A stretch of DNA of 62,987 nucleotides, counting the filler, from Octopus bimaculoides (lineage: Eukaryota), in assembly GCF_001194135.2 (NCBI RefSeq). It is 7 parts of 7 records of this genome, joined end to end, with 100 filler letters (N's around TTAATTAATTAA, not from the genome) between each part and the next. Parts side by side here need not be neighbours in the genome. Positions count along the whole stretch, not along the records: positions 30,438 to 47,125 come from NC_068997.1; 6 more parts are not named here. One strand, written 5' to 3'. The translations under genes and the position numbers were made by a program. This document shows, piece after piece, positions 30,338 to 42,080 of the stretch (its first letter is position 1; the number at the start of each line of letters is the position of its first letter). Below the pieces are notes generated by a model. It saw nothing but the letters and a program-made list of their open reading frames with translations. It did not search any database and was not told the DNA's origin.

Positions 30338-30437
30338 NNNNNNNNNNNNNNNNNNNNNNNNNNNNNNNNNNNNNNNNNNNNTTAATTAATTAANNNNNNN
30401 NNNNNNNNNNNNNNNNNNNNNNNNNNNNNNNNNNNNN
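30338..30437. other. Artificial scaffold spacer N44-TTAATTAATTAA-N44
   Basis: Exactly 44 N + 12 + 44 N; the 12-mer gives stops in all six frames. Confidence 0.95.
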
Positions 30438-31065
30438 GCTCAGAGGTCTACGCAAAGTCTTGATAAATTTTTCATCGTTGTCGAGACAATCAAGGAGATC
30501 TTGTACAACAGGAACCCGAGTTTCAGTTTGGTCAGCTGAAAGCAGTTTTGGCACAAACTTTGCAGACACGCGTCTCATATTCCAAATCTTTAGTGATAAT
30601 GGACTGAACTGAACTGTAACTAATCTGCACATTCACTAGCAACTCATGGCTGGCGATTCGACGATTTCCGCTCACAGCTACACGCAGATCTGATGGCTGC
30701 CGGTATCCCAGGACGTTCGACAATATCGACATTTTCCCGGCCAGCTTGGAAACGTCTGAACCACTGGTACACTTGTGTGCGGCTCATACACTCCTCTCCA
30801 TGCACTTTCGGCAACATTGCGTAGTCTTCTGAACAGGTATCGCCAGGACAACTTTCTCTGTCATTATCAATACGACGATCTCACGCTACACACGTTCCTT
30901 CCAAGCAGTACTGTAAACTACGGAAGTGAAACAGCGGAGTGTTAAAACTTAGAGCGCATACAGAGCAGAGTTCAAGATCAATCTTTCCCAAGGTAATTTA
31001 CTATGCATAATTTGGCTTCGTTATTATGGCAACATTTCAGATACTTGTTGATCAAACCTTGCATA
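30438..31065 (-). mobile_element. Mariner (irritans-like) transposon 5' half, pseudogenised
   Basis: Minus strand: TQVYQWFRRFQAGRENV (HTH) and MRRVSAKFVPKLLSADQ (WVPHEL-equivalent linker). TIR-like end near 31065; cut at a scaffold spacer. Confidence 0.8.
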
Positions 31066-31074
31066 TTTATATGT

Positions 31075-31105
<31 letters not shown>

Positions 31106-31120
31106 CACACACACACACAC

Positions 31121-31151
<31 letters not shown>

Positions 31152-31986
31152 CATGCACACACACACATATATATACTCGTATATATATATATANNNNNNN
31201 NNNNNNNNNNNNNNNNNNNNNNNNNNNNNNNNNNNNNNNNNNNNNNNNNNNNNNNNNNNNNNNNNNNNNNNNNNNNNNNNNNNNNNNNNNNNNNNNNNNN
31301 NNNNNNNNNNNNNNNNNNNNNNNNNNNNNNNNNNNNNNNNNNNNNNNNNNNNNNNNNNNNNNNNNNNNNNNNNNNNNNNNNNNNNNNNNNNNNNNNNNNN
31401 NNNNNNNNNNNNNNNNNNNNNNNNNNNNNNNNNNNNNNNNNNNNNNNNNNNNNNNNNNNNNNNNNNNNNNNNNNNNNNNNNNNNNNNNNNNNNNNNNNNN
31501 NNNNNNNNNNNNNNNNNNNNNNNNNNNNNNNNNNNNNNNNNNNNNNNNNNNNNNNNNNNNNNNNNNNNNNNNNNNNNNNNNNNNNNNNNNNNNNNNNNNN
31601 NNNNNNNNNNNNNNNNNNNNNNNNNNNNNNNNNNNNNNNNNNNNNNNNNNNNNNNNNNNNNNNNNNNNNNNNNNNNNNNNNNNNNNNNNNNNNNNNNNNN
31701 NNNNNNNNNNNNNNNNNNNNNNNNNNNNNNNNNNNNNNNNNNNNNNNNNNNNNNNNNNNNNNNNNNNNNNNNNNNNNNNNGTCTGTTTTTTATGTTTTAT
31801 TTATATTCCTGCAGAACCAATGTGGGGTATAGAATATGGAATATACAATATATAATATAATATACAATATATAATATAAAATAAAATAAAATAAAAATGG
31901 ATGGCACCATGAAAGAAAGTATTGAATGTAGATGAAATATGGAGTGTTCAATATAAAGGATCAAATATATAAATATAATATATAAA

Positions 31987-32026
31987 GGCGACTCGAGTTT
32001 CAGGGCTATTTCCCTTCGTCATGGCC
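31987..32026 (-). ncRNA. Minimal type I hammerhead ribozyme motif (Penelope/retrozyme type)
   Basis: The minus strand reads GGC-C(A)UGACGA-AGGG aaauag CCCU-GAA-ACUCGAGU-C/GCC. This gives a 3-bp stem I, a 4-bp stem II, a perfect 8-nt palindromic stem III and a GUC cleavage triplet. The only deviation is one extra A in the CUGANGA box. Confidence 0.65.
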
Positions 32027-32048
32027 GGTATGACAGACTTTAACAGGG

Positions 32049-32204
32049 CGTCTTTCAGTTTCCGTCTACCAAATCCACTCACAAAGCTTTGATCGGCCCG
32101 AGGCTATAGTAGAAGACACTTGCCCAAGTGCCATGCAGTGGGAATGAACCCGGAAACATGTGGTTGGTAGGCAAGCTATTTACCACACAGCCATTCTTGC
32201 GCCT
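32049..32204 (-). mobile_element. SINE family B head with A and B boxes
   Basis: A box TGGCTGTGTGG (plus 32183-32193), B box GGGTTCATTCC (plus 32141-32151), core CTTGGGCAAGTGTCTTCT. Confidence 0.85.
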
Positions 32205-32674
32205 TGGTAGAAATTTTGACTAGAATGTTCAAAACCAATATTTCATTTCTTGATAAGAGAGTATTTATTCATTAGCAGGGGCATTGATATTTTTTTTTCT
32301 AGTGGATGGCATTGTATATCATTTTAGCTATATCATGTCGCAGTGGCAGTGGTACATCGCTGACCTGTATAGGCAGCTACTGATTATATATTCTCTATCA
32401 ACATTGCTGGACTTATGCCTAAATCAAAATCCGTTCATCACGCATCAGAACATATTTTCCGGCTTCTTGCGTTATGAATTCAGATTTCGCCAAACTCTGC
32501 TTTGCCTTTCATGCATTCGGGATAAATAAAAATAGAGTACCAATAAAGTGTTGTGAGTGAAAATAATTGCCTAACCCCTCCTCGTTAAAATGCGCTGACC
32601 CTGTGCCCAGTGCCAACATTTTGAAACTACTACTACTAATACTACTACTGCTGCTGCTGCTCATACTGCTGCTG

Positions 32675-32728
<54 letters not shown>

Positions 32729-32850
32729 ATACTACTTTCAATTTTGTTTCCATTTCTTGCTGAATGTCTTTCCCACCCCTAGGCAATGAAGCACATCGTA
32801 TTCATTGATTGATCATTAAAATAAACACACACAAGTGTTCATTTACATGT

Positions 32851-32994
32851 GCTTACCAACCACATGGTCCTGGGTTCAGTTCCCCAATGCGTAGCACCTT
32901 AGGCAAGTGTCTTCTACTATAGCCTCGGGCAGACCAAAGCCTTGTGAGTGGATTTTGTAGACGGAAACTGAAAGAAGCCCGTTGTATATATGTG

Positions 32995-33027
<33 letters not shown>

Positions 33028-33425
33028 NNNNNNNNNNNNNNNNNNNNNNNNNNNNNNNNNNNNNNNNNNNNNNNNNNNNNNNNNNNNNNNNNNNNNNNNN
33101 NNNNNNNNNNNNNNNNNNNNNNNNNNNNNNNNNNNNNNNNNNNNNNNNNNNNNNNNNNNNNNNNNNNNNNNNNNNNNNNNNNNNNNNNNNNNNNNNNNNN
33201 NNNNNNNNNNNNNNNNNNNNTATATATATATGTATGTGTGTATATGTGTTTGTCCCCCCACCAACATCGCTTCACAACCGATGCTGGTGTGTTTACGTCC
33301 CCGTAACTCAGCGGTTTGGCAAAATAAACCGAATGAATAAGTCCTGGGGTCGATTTGCTCGACGAAAGGCGGTGCTCCAGCATGGCCGCAGTCAAATGAC
33401 TGAAACAAGTAAAAGAGCAAAGAGT
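32851..33425 (+). mobile_element. SINE family B, 5'-truncated, with internal (TA)n and assembly gap
   Basis: Head half 32851-32985 and tail half 33250-33425 flank a (TA)n-bounded gap; same layout as the intact copy at 49301-49690. Confidence 0.85.
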
Positions 33426-34064
33426 AATCTCATTTAAAGTTACGATGAAAAAAAAAATTATTTACAGGGATGGTAATCGTTTTCTCAACGACAATGCTCT
33501 TCTCAGTAAATATCGTATCATTTAAAACAATATCCTACGCTACTTGCAAGGATAGTAAGCCAGGGATCATTCCGAAATAATTTGCAATTCCTATTCTGAT
33601 TATTCCTAGTGGTCATGCAATCACTGGTGTCCTAACTGCCTTAAGATGCCACATTTTTTTTTTTTTCGATTTCAATGAGCAAATCTTTACATTTTCTTAA
33701 ACTTGTCAAATTCTTTTGTCGAAATGTTATGACCCCCAAGAATGACTCATGTCAATTAATAAACGGATGTTATTATTTAAGTCTTTCGCAATAACATCTG
33801 CTTTGTTAGCTTCAATAATCCTGTCTCTATGTACTAGGAAGTCCAAAAAACCGTTGCATTTTCTCCCTCGCTTACAATGTCAGGCTGATGATTATACCAC
33901 TTGTCAAAAGTTTTAACTATATACTGCCGACTCATTGACCAGTGGCCAACTCTTTCAGACCAGTGTTGCTCTACTGATGCTAATACTTTATATTCAGAGA
34001 TTAAGTGATCTTCTGTTTCCATATCGTTATCGAAGAATCAGTACTTTGGATCTACTCCATTGGC

Positions 34065-34092
34065 TTATTATTATTATTATTATTATTATTAT

Positions 34093-34137
<45 letters not shown>

Positions 34138-34165
34138 CAGTAGTAGTAGTAGTAGTAGTAGTAGT

Positions 34166-34197
<32 letters not shown>

Positions 34198-34217
34198 CAG
34201 TAGTAGTAGTAGTAGTA
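34065..34217. repeat. (TTA)n-(TAG)n-(CAG)n microsatellite
   Basis: Direct inspection. Confidence 0.95.
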
Positions 34218-34222
34218 TCATT

Positions 34223-34446
34223 AAGGCGACGAGCTGGCAGAATCGTTACTGTGCCGGACAAAATGCTCAGCAGCATTTCGGCCGTCTTCACGTTTCGAGT
34301 TCAAACACCGCCGAAGTCGACTTTGCCGTTCGTCCTTTCGTACTCGATGAAATACGTACTAGTCAAGCACTGGTGTCGAAGTAATCGACTAGGCCCCTGA
34401 CCCCGAATTTCTGTTTTGTGCCTATTGTAGAAAGGATTATTATTAT
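34223..34446 (+). mobile_element. SINE family A, full length
   Basis: AAGGCGACGAGCTGGCAGAATCG head, B-box-like GAGTTCAAACAC, GTCGACTTTGCC core, GAAAGGATTATTATT tail. Confidence 0.85.
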
Positions 34447-35689
34447 TTTGTATCCGCAAATAAAAAAATGTCGATTTGAACTTCAAATCTGCTAACGAAT
34501 TTTATTGATGCACTGTTTTATTAGTAAATCAACTAGCGTCATCGAAGGCTAGTTGACCATGTGAAGCTTTCGTCTCTTCCAAATGAATTTTGAAGGCGTC
34601 ATGGCTTCTCATATCGAAAAGATAATTAGCTGTTCTATGAGCCATTATTAAAAAAAATTCCTACTCCTATACTCCCTACTAAAGTTAACAGAGAATGTGT
34701 GAATGCCAAAACCAACAACAACAATAACATCAGCGACATAAGCAATGCAAATGAAAATGACTTGAAAGCAACATTATCACCATCTAGCATCATACTTCAC
34801 ACCACTAAAAATACGAGCAGCAACGACAACAGAGTCAAACAAGACAAAGAGAACGTAGAAACGAACACGAACTTTACCATCTCCAGCAGTAGCAGGGGGA
34901 AAAAAAACTTGAATACAATAAAAACGCAATGAATACCAGTAAATATTTTAGAGAGAAAGAGAACAGATAGAAAATAGAAAGGGATGCGTTGCATCAGGCA
35001 TATAAACAAATAGAACAATCGAAAAACAACAATGATGAGTATAGAAGAGGAGATAGAAACCGACAAACAATCACATCCTATACCAAAGCCAACACAGTGA
35101 CAACCACCTAATGCACTAGAACCACCCCTAACATTAGAAACAGCACAACAAATGAAAACACAACCCGGCAACAAAACAGCACTCGTTAACCGAGCGAACA
35201 AAAAGTACCATCAACTACACGACCATAAACACAAACATAAATGAATAAATGAAATAGTTCGTAGAAGAGGTTATTATCTATGTTACGCTCTCGTGAAGCA
35301 CATTTGCATGTTCACAGTAATCACATGTGTGTAATATAGATGTTTTATTTTAAATAAGTCATACATAGTACTTGAAATTTCATTATGAATTAATGAAATG
35401 TTTACGACAATAAGTGAGTATTACTCACTTTGATTACGTCCGACCACCATTTAATATAGCAACTCATATTAAAACCTCCCAAGAAAATAAAGCAGACTGA
35501 AAGTAAAATATTCTAAGGTAATGAGAGATATCCGAGTGGCTATAAATAGATGCCTTTATAAAGAGCTCCTTGTGCAAAACCCCACATATAGCTGAAAGGA
35601 TACAACAGCTTTCTTTACATAGAAAGATGATAAGTGGTCCCTTTCATCTTTCTTCGTTTTGTCGAACAGGGCCCTACTCAGAGTAAGCA

Positions 35690-37040
35690 TTGTGAATGCA
35701 TGTATCCTTGTTCGAATTGAAAGTTGGGTCCATTGCTCAACGACCACAGGTCACTAGATATAGATGTATAAGTTATCAGCGAGACCATTGTTTCTGTGGC
35801 ATGAATGCTCATGCACAGCTTCAGCAGCTACGTTGTGTATGCATCTTCAAGTCTACCTAAAACAGGTGGTGGTGTGGCTGTGTGGTTTCGTAAAGGTCAG
35901 GATTATATGATGCAGATTATCTTGCTTGACGAAAAATTTAACTTGATGGTAACCAACAGGAAGATATATTTTCAGAAATGTATCTGTATATGTGCCGACA
36001 GGTGTGGGTAAGCCAAATTTCTTCGGGTCTCTAGACATCTTCCTTGAAACGTTCTACTCTTTAGTGCTACTGGATATCAGGAATGACTCCTTGGATGCAC
36101 ACTATGCAGGGGTTAACGAATAGGAAATTTGCAAAAGCGTCGCGAATCTGTTCAAACATCTAACAGGAACCGATTTGATCTCCCGACTGCACATAAGTAC
36201 ACAAATCGCATCAGGTCATACAGATCGTATCTAGATAGAGTTTTCTGTTAGCCGGTAGATAGAGATTGCATAGGTAGTCCACAAATAAAAGTGGCCGACT
36301 ACACAGATAAGAAATTAGTGATATGCGCAGTAAACCTAGATGGACTTCATTTGGTATTGGAAAATCATTACTGGCGTGTGAAGTATTTAAAAAAACCGGA
36401 TCAGCAAATTTGTTTAACGGGTGCTGACGGGGATAATTGTCAATAACAGATTGAAGCTCAACGCGATAATGGTGATTGGAGTGAAATCGATAAGGAATAA
36501 TAAGCATGCAGTGACTGAGTAAACTAAATTAAACGGAAATATAATTAGAAATCCAGAAGAGGCACTTAGAAAACGCATCGTAACCGACATGTTTGCAACG
36601 AGATTGGTCTATATATAGTGAGTTAATGAGAAGCACGAAGGCTGCGTTGTCAGAGCTATGGGACATGCTCTAAGACACGGAGAAACGAAAGTCGTTCGCA
36701 GGGCCAGAGTAACTGAGGCACAGCGTGGCTAGATAGCCGCAACCCGATCTTTAGCTACACAATTCCAAGCACATGTGTACGGCTTTTCAGCGGCTATTTG
36801 CGATACTGTACGACACCAGTGAGTAAGGCTTGATAGCAGGATGGACGTAAGTTCTCACTTCAATGGACTTCTGCAACTCTTGCATTTAGCGTGTTGTGAA
36901 AGGTCGATAAAATCCATCAAAATAATGGAAACTGGGGCTGGTCGCACGTTTGGCAAGTCACCTGTTCTCAGTAGTCTCCCCTAAGAGCTTTACGTAAAAA
37001 TGCCTGACTTATTCGGTGGCTTCAGCAGATGTCTAGCCCA
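35690..37040 (+). mobile_element. Degenerate L1/Tx1-type LINE ORF2 (AP endonuclease to start of RT)
   Basis: Motifs occur in the expected order: GGGVAVWFR (35865), VYVPTG, SYLDRV (36225-36242), YTDKKLV (SDH-equivalent), YWK, KHEGCVVRA, GKSP (36952) and MPDLFG (37000). Multiple stops and frameshifts. Confidence 0.8.
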
Positions 37041-37199
37041 ACAGACAATAGAACAGAAAAAAACACTTGTTTTGTGCCACCACGAGTGTTGTTGTAGGAG
37101 CAGTTGTGCAACACACTAGCTTGACAAGTTATTTCCCTTGCCTTCCAATAGAACAGGAAAAAGTCCTATGACCCGCCTTGTGTCTATAGTAGAAAAGAA

Positions 37200-37238
<39 letters not shown>

Positions 37239-37242
37239 CGTC

Positions 37243-37468
37243 AAGGCGGCGAGCGAGCAAAATCGTTAGCGCCCTGGACGAAATACGTAGTCGTATTTGA
37301 CCCATTGCTACGTCTGAGTTCAGATTCCGCCGAGGTCGACTTTACCTTTCATCCTTTATGGGTCGATAAGTTAAGTACCAGATGAGTACTGGGGTTGATG
37401 TAATCGACCAGCTACCCTCCTCCAAATTTTCAGGCCTTGTGCCTTTAGTAGAAAGGATTATTATTATT
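37243..37468 (+). mobile_element. SINE family A, full length
   Basis: GAGTTCAGATTCC B-box-like, CTTTCATCCTTTATGGGTCGATAAG..GTACCAG core (resembles a Meta/Sauria-type central domain, from memory), (ATT)n tail, preceded by (TTA)n. Confidence 0.85.
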
Positions 37469-37959
37469 GTCATTTATTACCTCTTTTGGCCACCAAATGC
37501 TCATTGATATATATATATATATAGTAGAGTTTAAGAATAGAAGCTGCAAACGTGCGCGTATGGACAAAACATTGTTTTACAAAACAATCATGTGACCGAC
37601 TCTGTCGATAAATAACGATTAGGCATGCTAAAAATTTAATGAGTATTAAATAGGCCGCATAAATATATAAATGAAAATAAACATAATAAAATGGAGAAAA
37701 TACACTGCAAAATATGAAATGTATTTAGAACAATCCACCTACGCGTGGATGCTAACTAACTGGACAGTTATCTGGGTCACACATATTCCGCGCATATGTC
37801 CCTACGTAACGTTCATTGTATTCAAATCGTATGCCCCCACAGGTTAATATACGCATTTGGAGGGTAAAATGAGTGGTGAAGAGTTCGATATCGTGTAGCG
37901 GGTTTGTGTTTCGAACGTTTGTATTTCTCTTTTAACCTTTTATCTTTCATTTCTCTATG

Positions 37960-38132
37960 TCATAGGAATAGGACCATATTGAGATACTGCTTGGAAGGAA
38001 TTTAGTCGAGCAAATCGACCCACAGGATTTTTTTTTTCTTTTGTAGAGCCTGATACTTATACTATCGGTCTGTTTTGCCGAACCACTAAGTTACGGAAAC
38101 GTAACCACACCAACATCAGTTGTCAAGCGGTG
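37960..38132 (-). mobile_element. SINE family B, 3' half
   Basis: Reverse complement of CGCTTGACAAC..TTCGGCAAAA..GTCGATTTGCTCGACT. Confidence 0.75.
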
Positions 38133-38134
38133 AT

Positions 38135-38400
38135 CCTATAATTTTTTGGTATTTTTTTTCTAAGCAATTCTAGGTAATAATCCTTGATAAGTCTGTATAG
38201 GTTTCCTGTTTTATTCGATTGAACCAGTATCCCATCCATGTTATGAATTTCTTTGGTGATATTGTGAACATACCTCAGATGTTTATTCCTTAAGGGTGAA
38301 CTGTGGAAATTCACATTCTTCACGATAGACCGGAGATCGTCTTCAAACTGTTTCAATCTTGGGTTAGGTGGAGGATTGTTTTCAGATCAAAACAATCTTT
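38135..38400 (-). mobile_element. Penelope-like element N-terminal ORF fragment
   Basis: SENNPPPNPRLKQFEDDLRSIVKNVNF..ILVQSNKTGNLYRL..YLELLRKKIPKNYR resembles the FExDL..ADKTxNLY..YxxLL..YKK block recalled from Penelope-like ORFs. Confidence 0.55.
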
Positions 38401-38442
38401 TGAATTCAGAAACTAGATCGTTAGAGGATTGATTAATGTCTT

Positions 38443-38476
<34 letters not shown>

Positions 38477-38486
38477 TGTATGTATG

Positions 38487-38528
<42 letters not shown>

Positions 38529-39469
38529 CACACACACACATAGATATATATATGTGTGTGAATTTGTGTGGCTGTGTGTAGGTGTGCGTAGTTTCTTTTA
38601 GAATATTCTGCCTTGCGATTGAGCTTTGCATTCCATGAATATATTTCCTGATTAATTTTCCATTAGCAATGTACTCAAGGACACTGAATTCGAGAAAGGC
38701 ATATTAGTCTCTTGGCACACGGGCACCTCTATACATGCTACAGTAGAGTCTTGTACTTTAATGAAGTCATCTTGAGTAATCAGTTTTTTAAACGCTTCGG
38801 ATGACAAAGGGGGATTCATGGGACATATCCACAACATATATAACCGTTAATAAATACGAACCACCGACGAATCTATATACATTATGTTTATAACTCAAGC
38901 TCTATTCTTCCGATTCTCCAGACAGTTTTAAAAATGATAAAATTCTATTTCAGAGAGAATATGTTTGATTGGAAAACGCGTTAAAGAGACTTAAAAAGTA
39001 CTGTGGAGTAATTGTTTGGGTTTTGAGATCAGTCCTAATGAGGTTCAACTTTGCCTTTCATTATTCCGGTAGATGAAAAAATATCTCAAACATTAGGGCA
39101 GGTCCCCCCTCTCTCTTTCTTTCTCACTCTCTCATTATTTAGTGATTGGTAATGCTGCGTTGCGAGACGGGCATAGGGGAATAGAACGTTGTACCGGGAA
39201 ATAACGAAGTGTTCTATGAGGAGGATGACAATATTTACCTACTCGTATCATGCTTCAAAAAGCCTTGCCAAATTGAAATGGTGAATCTGTTTAAAATGCT
39301 TTAGAAATAATCGAGAAAACAAAATAAGCGGAAAATAGTTGTAGTTTTTGTTGGTGTTGTTGATGCTTAGCCTAAGGTTATCACTCATCCAAATATGAAT
39401 GATCAAAGATGTTCCAGTATTAAGCAACATATTATATATAGTCATTATTACCATTAAGGAAGGGAGGTG

Positions 39470-39860
39470 CAAGAAGCTTTGGCACGCCGGACAGAACGCT
39501 TAGTGGCATTTTTTCCGGCTTTAACTTCTGGGTTTAAATTCCGTCGAGATCGCCTTTGCCTTACATGCTTTTGGAGACACAGGAGTCAATGTAATCAAAT
39601 AGTCCCCCACAAAAATTTCAGATCTTATTCTTATAGTAGAAAGAATTATTGCTGCGAAGCGGGGTGGCTGGCAGAATCGGTAGCGCGTCGGTCAAAATGC
39701 CTACAAATATGTTTTTCATATCTGCATGTTCTGAGTTCAAATTTCGCTGGGATCGAATTTGCTTTCCCCCGTTTTCTGGGTTGATAAAATATAGTACAAA
39801 TCAGGTATTGCTGGGGCCGAAGTAGATTTGCCTCTCCGCATAAAATTGCTGGCTTTGTGG
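39470..39860 (+). mobile_element. Two tandem SINE family A copies
   Basis: The first ends GAAAGAATTATT at about 39649; the second starts GGTGGCTGGCAGAATCGG at about 39663. Confidence 0.7.
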
Positions 39861-40413
39861 TTATTAAACCCTGTGATTTGAATATATGTGTGTGTGTCAG
39901 TTTGTGAATGTGTTAAGAAATTATCTAGCATTTTATTTAATAAATATTTATTCGTTTTAATATTCAAATACATGAAATTACTTATAATTTTCTATAACTC
40001 GGTGATGTACTTGCATAGCAAGTTACTTGATTTGAGATCGTGTGCTGAAACAAAAACAATTGCAGTGCACTTCAACATTTATATATACACGTATATATTC
40101 ATATATACCTATGCATATAGTTATATATAAGTAAATGGATACATGCTTACATTCATACATACACGCGTACATATACACACATATATATAGTTGAATACAT
40201 ACTTTAATATATAGACGTTAGACACATCAAGGGTAAGAAAGAGGAAGAAAATGATAGACAGAGGAAGAAGGAAAAGCAAAACAAAACAAAAAAATTAATG
40301 ATTGAAAGAGAATCAAAGTAAAAATAGTAAAGTAAGAAGAAAAAACAGAGAAGCTCTGAGAATTAGGAGAGAGAGAGAGAGCAGTGTGTGTTTGCATGTG
40401 ACAAATGGACAAG

Positions 40414-40454
<41 letters not shown>

Positions 40455-40479
40455 TGTATATATGTTCCTTGTCTATACA

Positions 40480-40525
<46 letters not shown>

Positions 40526-40756
40526 AATAGAGTAAATAAAGGATATAGAATGAGCACAAAGTGTGTAGAGAAGTTATGATCGACGGTAGTAAACGGTGGG
40601 AGTACAATTTATATGAGAGTAATACAATGTAATGGTAAAGCGAGTTATAAGAGATTACACTTAGGAGAGTGACAGAGAATGACTGACTGACTGACTATTC
40701 GGCAAAATGTTTTAAAGAAAATAAATAATAATAAAGTTGGGAAGTGTAGGAGAAAC

Positions 40757-40798
<42 letters not shown>

Positions 40799-40983
40799 GC
40801 GGGGGGAGGCAACATAAGAGGAAAAGAGGTGAATTTAAAGAGAAGTAGAATGTAGGAGAAAGTGTGAGAGGGAGGGAAAGAAATAGAAAGGATAAGAGAT
40901 AGAGAGAAAGAGAACGAGAGAGAAAGTACAATGGCAAGAAGGTAAATTCAGTGACATAATTATGTGTGTTTGTGTGCGTGTGT

Positions 40984-41023
<40 letters not shown>

Positions 41024-41858
41024 GTGTCAGTACGTTAGTTCCGTAATATATTTATAATGAAATTGCACACGTACACATATATATTTCAAAGATCTCGATA
41101 ATATATNNNNNNNNNNNNNNNNNNNNNNNNNNNNNNNNNNNNNNNNNNNNNNNNNNNNNNNNNNNNNNNNNNNNNNNNNNNNNNNNNNNNNNNNNNNNNN
41201 NNNNNNNNNNNNNNNNNNNNNNNNNNNNNNNNNNNNNNNNNNNNNNNNNNNNNNNNNNNNNNNNNNNNNNNNNNNNNNNNNNNNNNNNNNNNNNNNNNNN
41301 NNNNNNNNNNNNNNNNNNNNNNNNNNNNNNNNNNNNNNNNNNNNNNNNNNNNNNNNNNNNNNNNNNNNNNNNNNNNNNNNNNNNNNNNNNNNNNNNNNNN
41401 NNNNNNNNNNNNNNNNNNNNNNNNNNNNNNNNNNNNNNNNNNNNNNNNNNNNNNNNNNNNNNNNNNNNNNNNNNNNNNNNNNNNNNNNNNNNNNNNNNNN
41501 NNNNNNNNNNNNNNNNNNNNNNNNNNNNNNNNNNNNNNNNNNNNNNNNNNNNNNNNNNNNNNNNNNNNNNNNNNNNNNNNNNNNNNNNNNNNNNNNNNNN
41601 NNNNNNNNNNNNNNNNNNNNNNNNNNNNNNNNNNNNNNNNNNNNNNNNNNNNNNNNNNNNNNNNNNNNNNNNNNNNNNNNNNNNNNNNNNNNNNNNNNNN
41701 NNNNNNNNNNNNNNNNNNNNNNNNNNNNNNNNNNNNNNNNNNNNNNNNNNNNNNNNNNNNNNNNNNNNNNNNNNNNNNNNNNNNNNNNNNNNNNNNNNNN
41801 NNNNNNNNNNNNNNNNNNNNNNNNNNNNNNNNNNNNNNNNNNNNNNNNNNNNNNNNNN

Positions 41859-41897
<39 letters not shown>

Positions 41898-42012
41898 GCC
41901 GCCAGAATCATCAAATCTCCCACCACCGTCAGCACTTCTACCTACAACAAAAACAATATCAACTCCAACTACAACATCGTTATCATTTGATCAAAGGAGA
42001 GAGAGATAGAGA

Positions 42013-42055
<43 letters not shown>

Positions 42056-42080
42056 CGGTATCGGTGTTAAGAAGGACTCC

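Noticed and set aside
32806-32813. TGATTGAT Pbx-Hox site
   Set aside because: An isolated 8-mer expected by chance in AT-rich DNA.
34699-34932. 77-aa N/S-rich ORF as LINE ORF1 or host exon
   Set aside because: Low-complexity, AAC-rich sequence with no recognisable motif or splice support.
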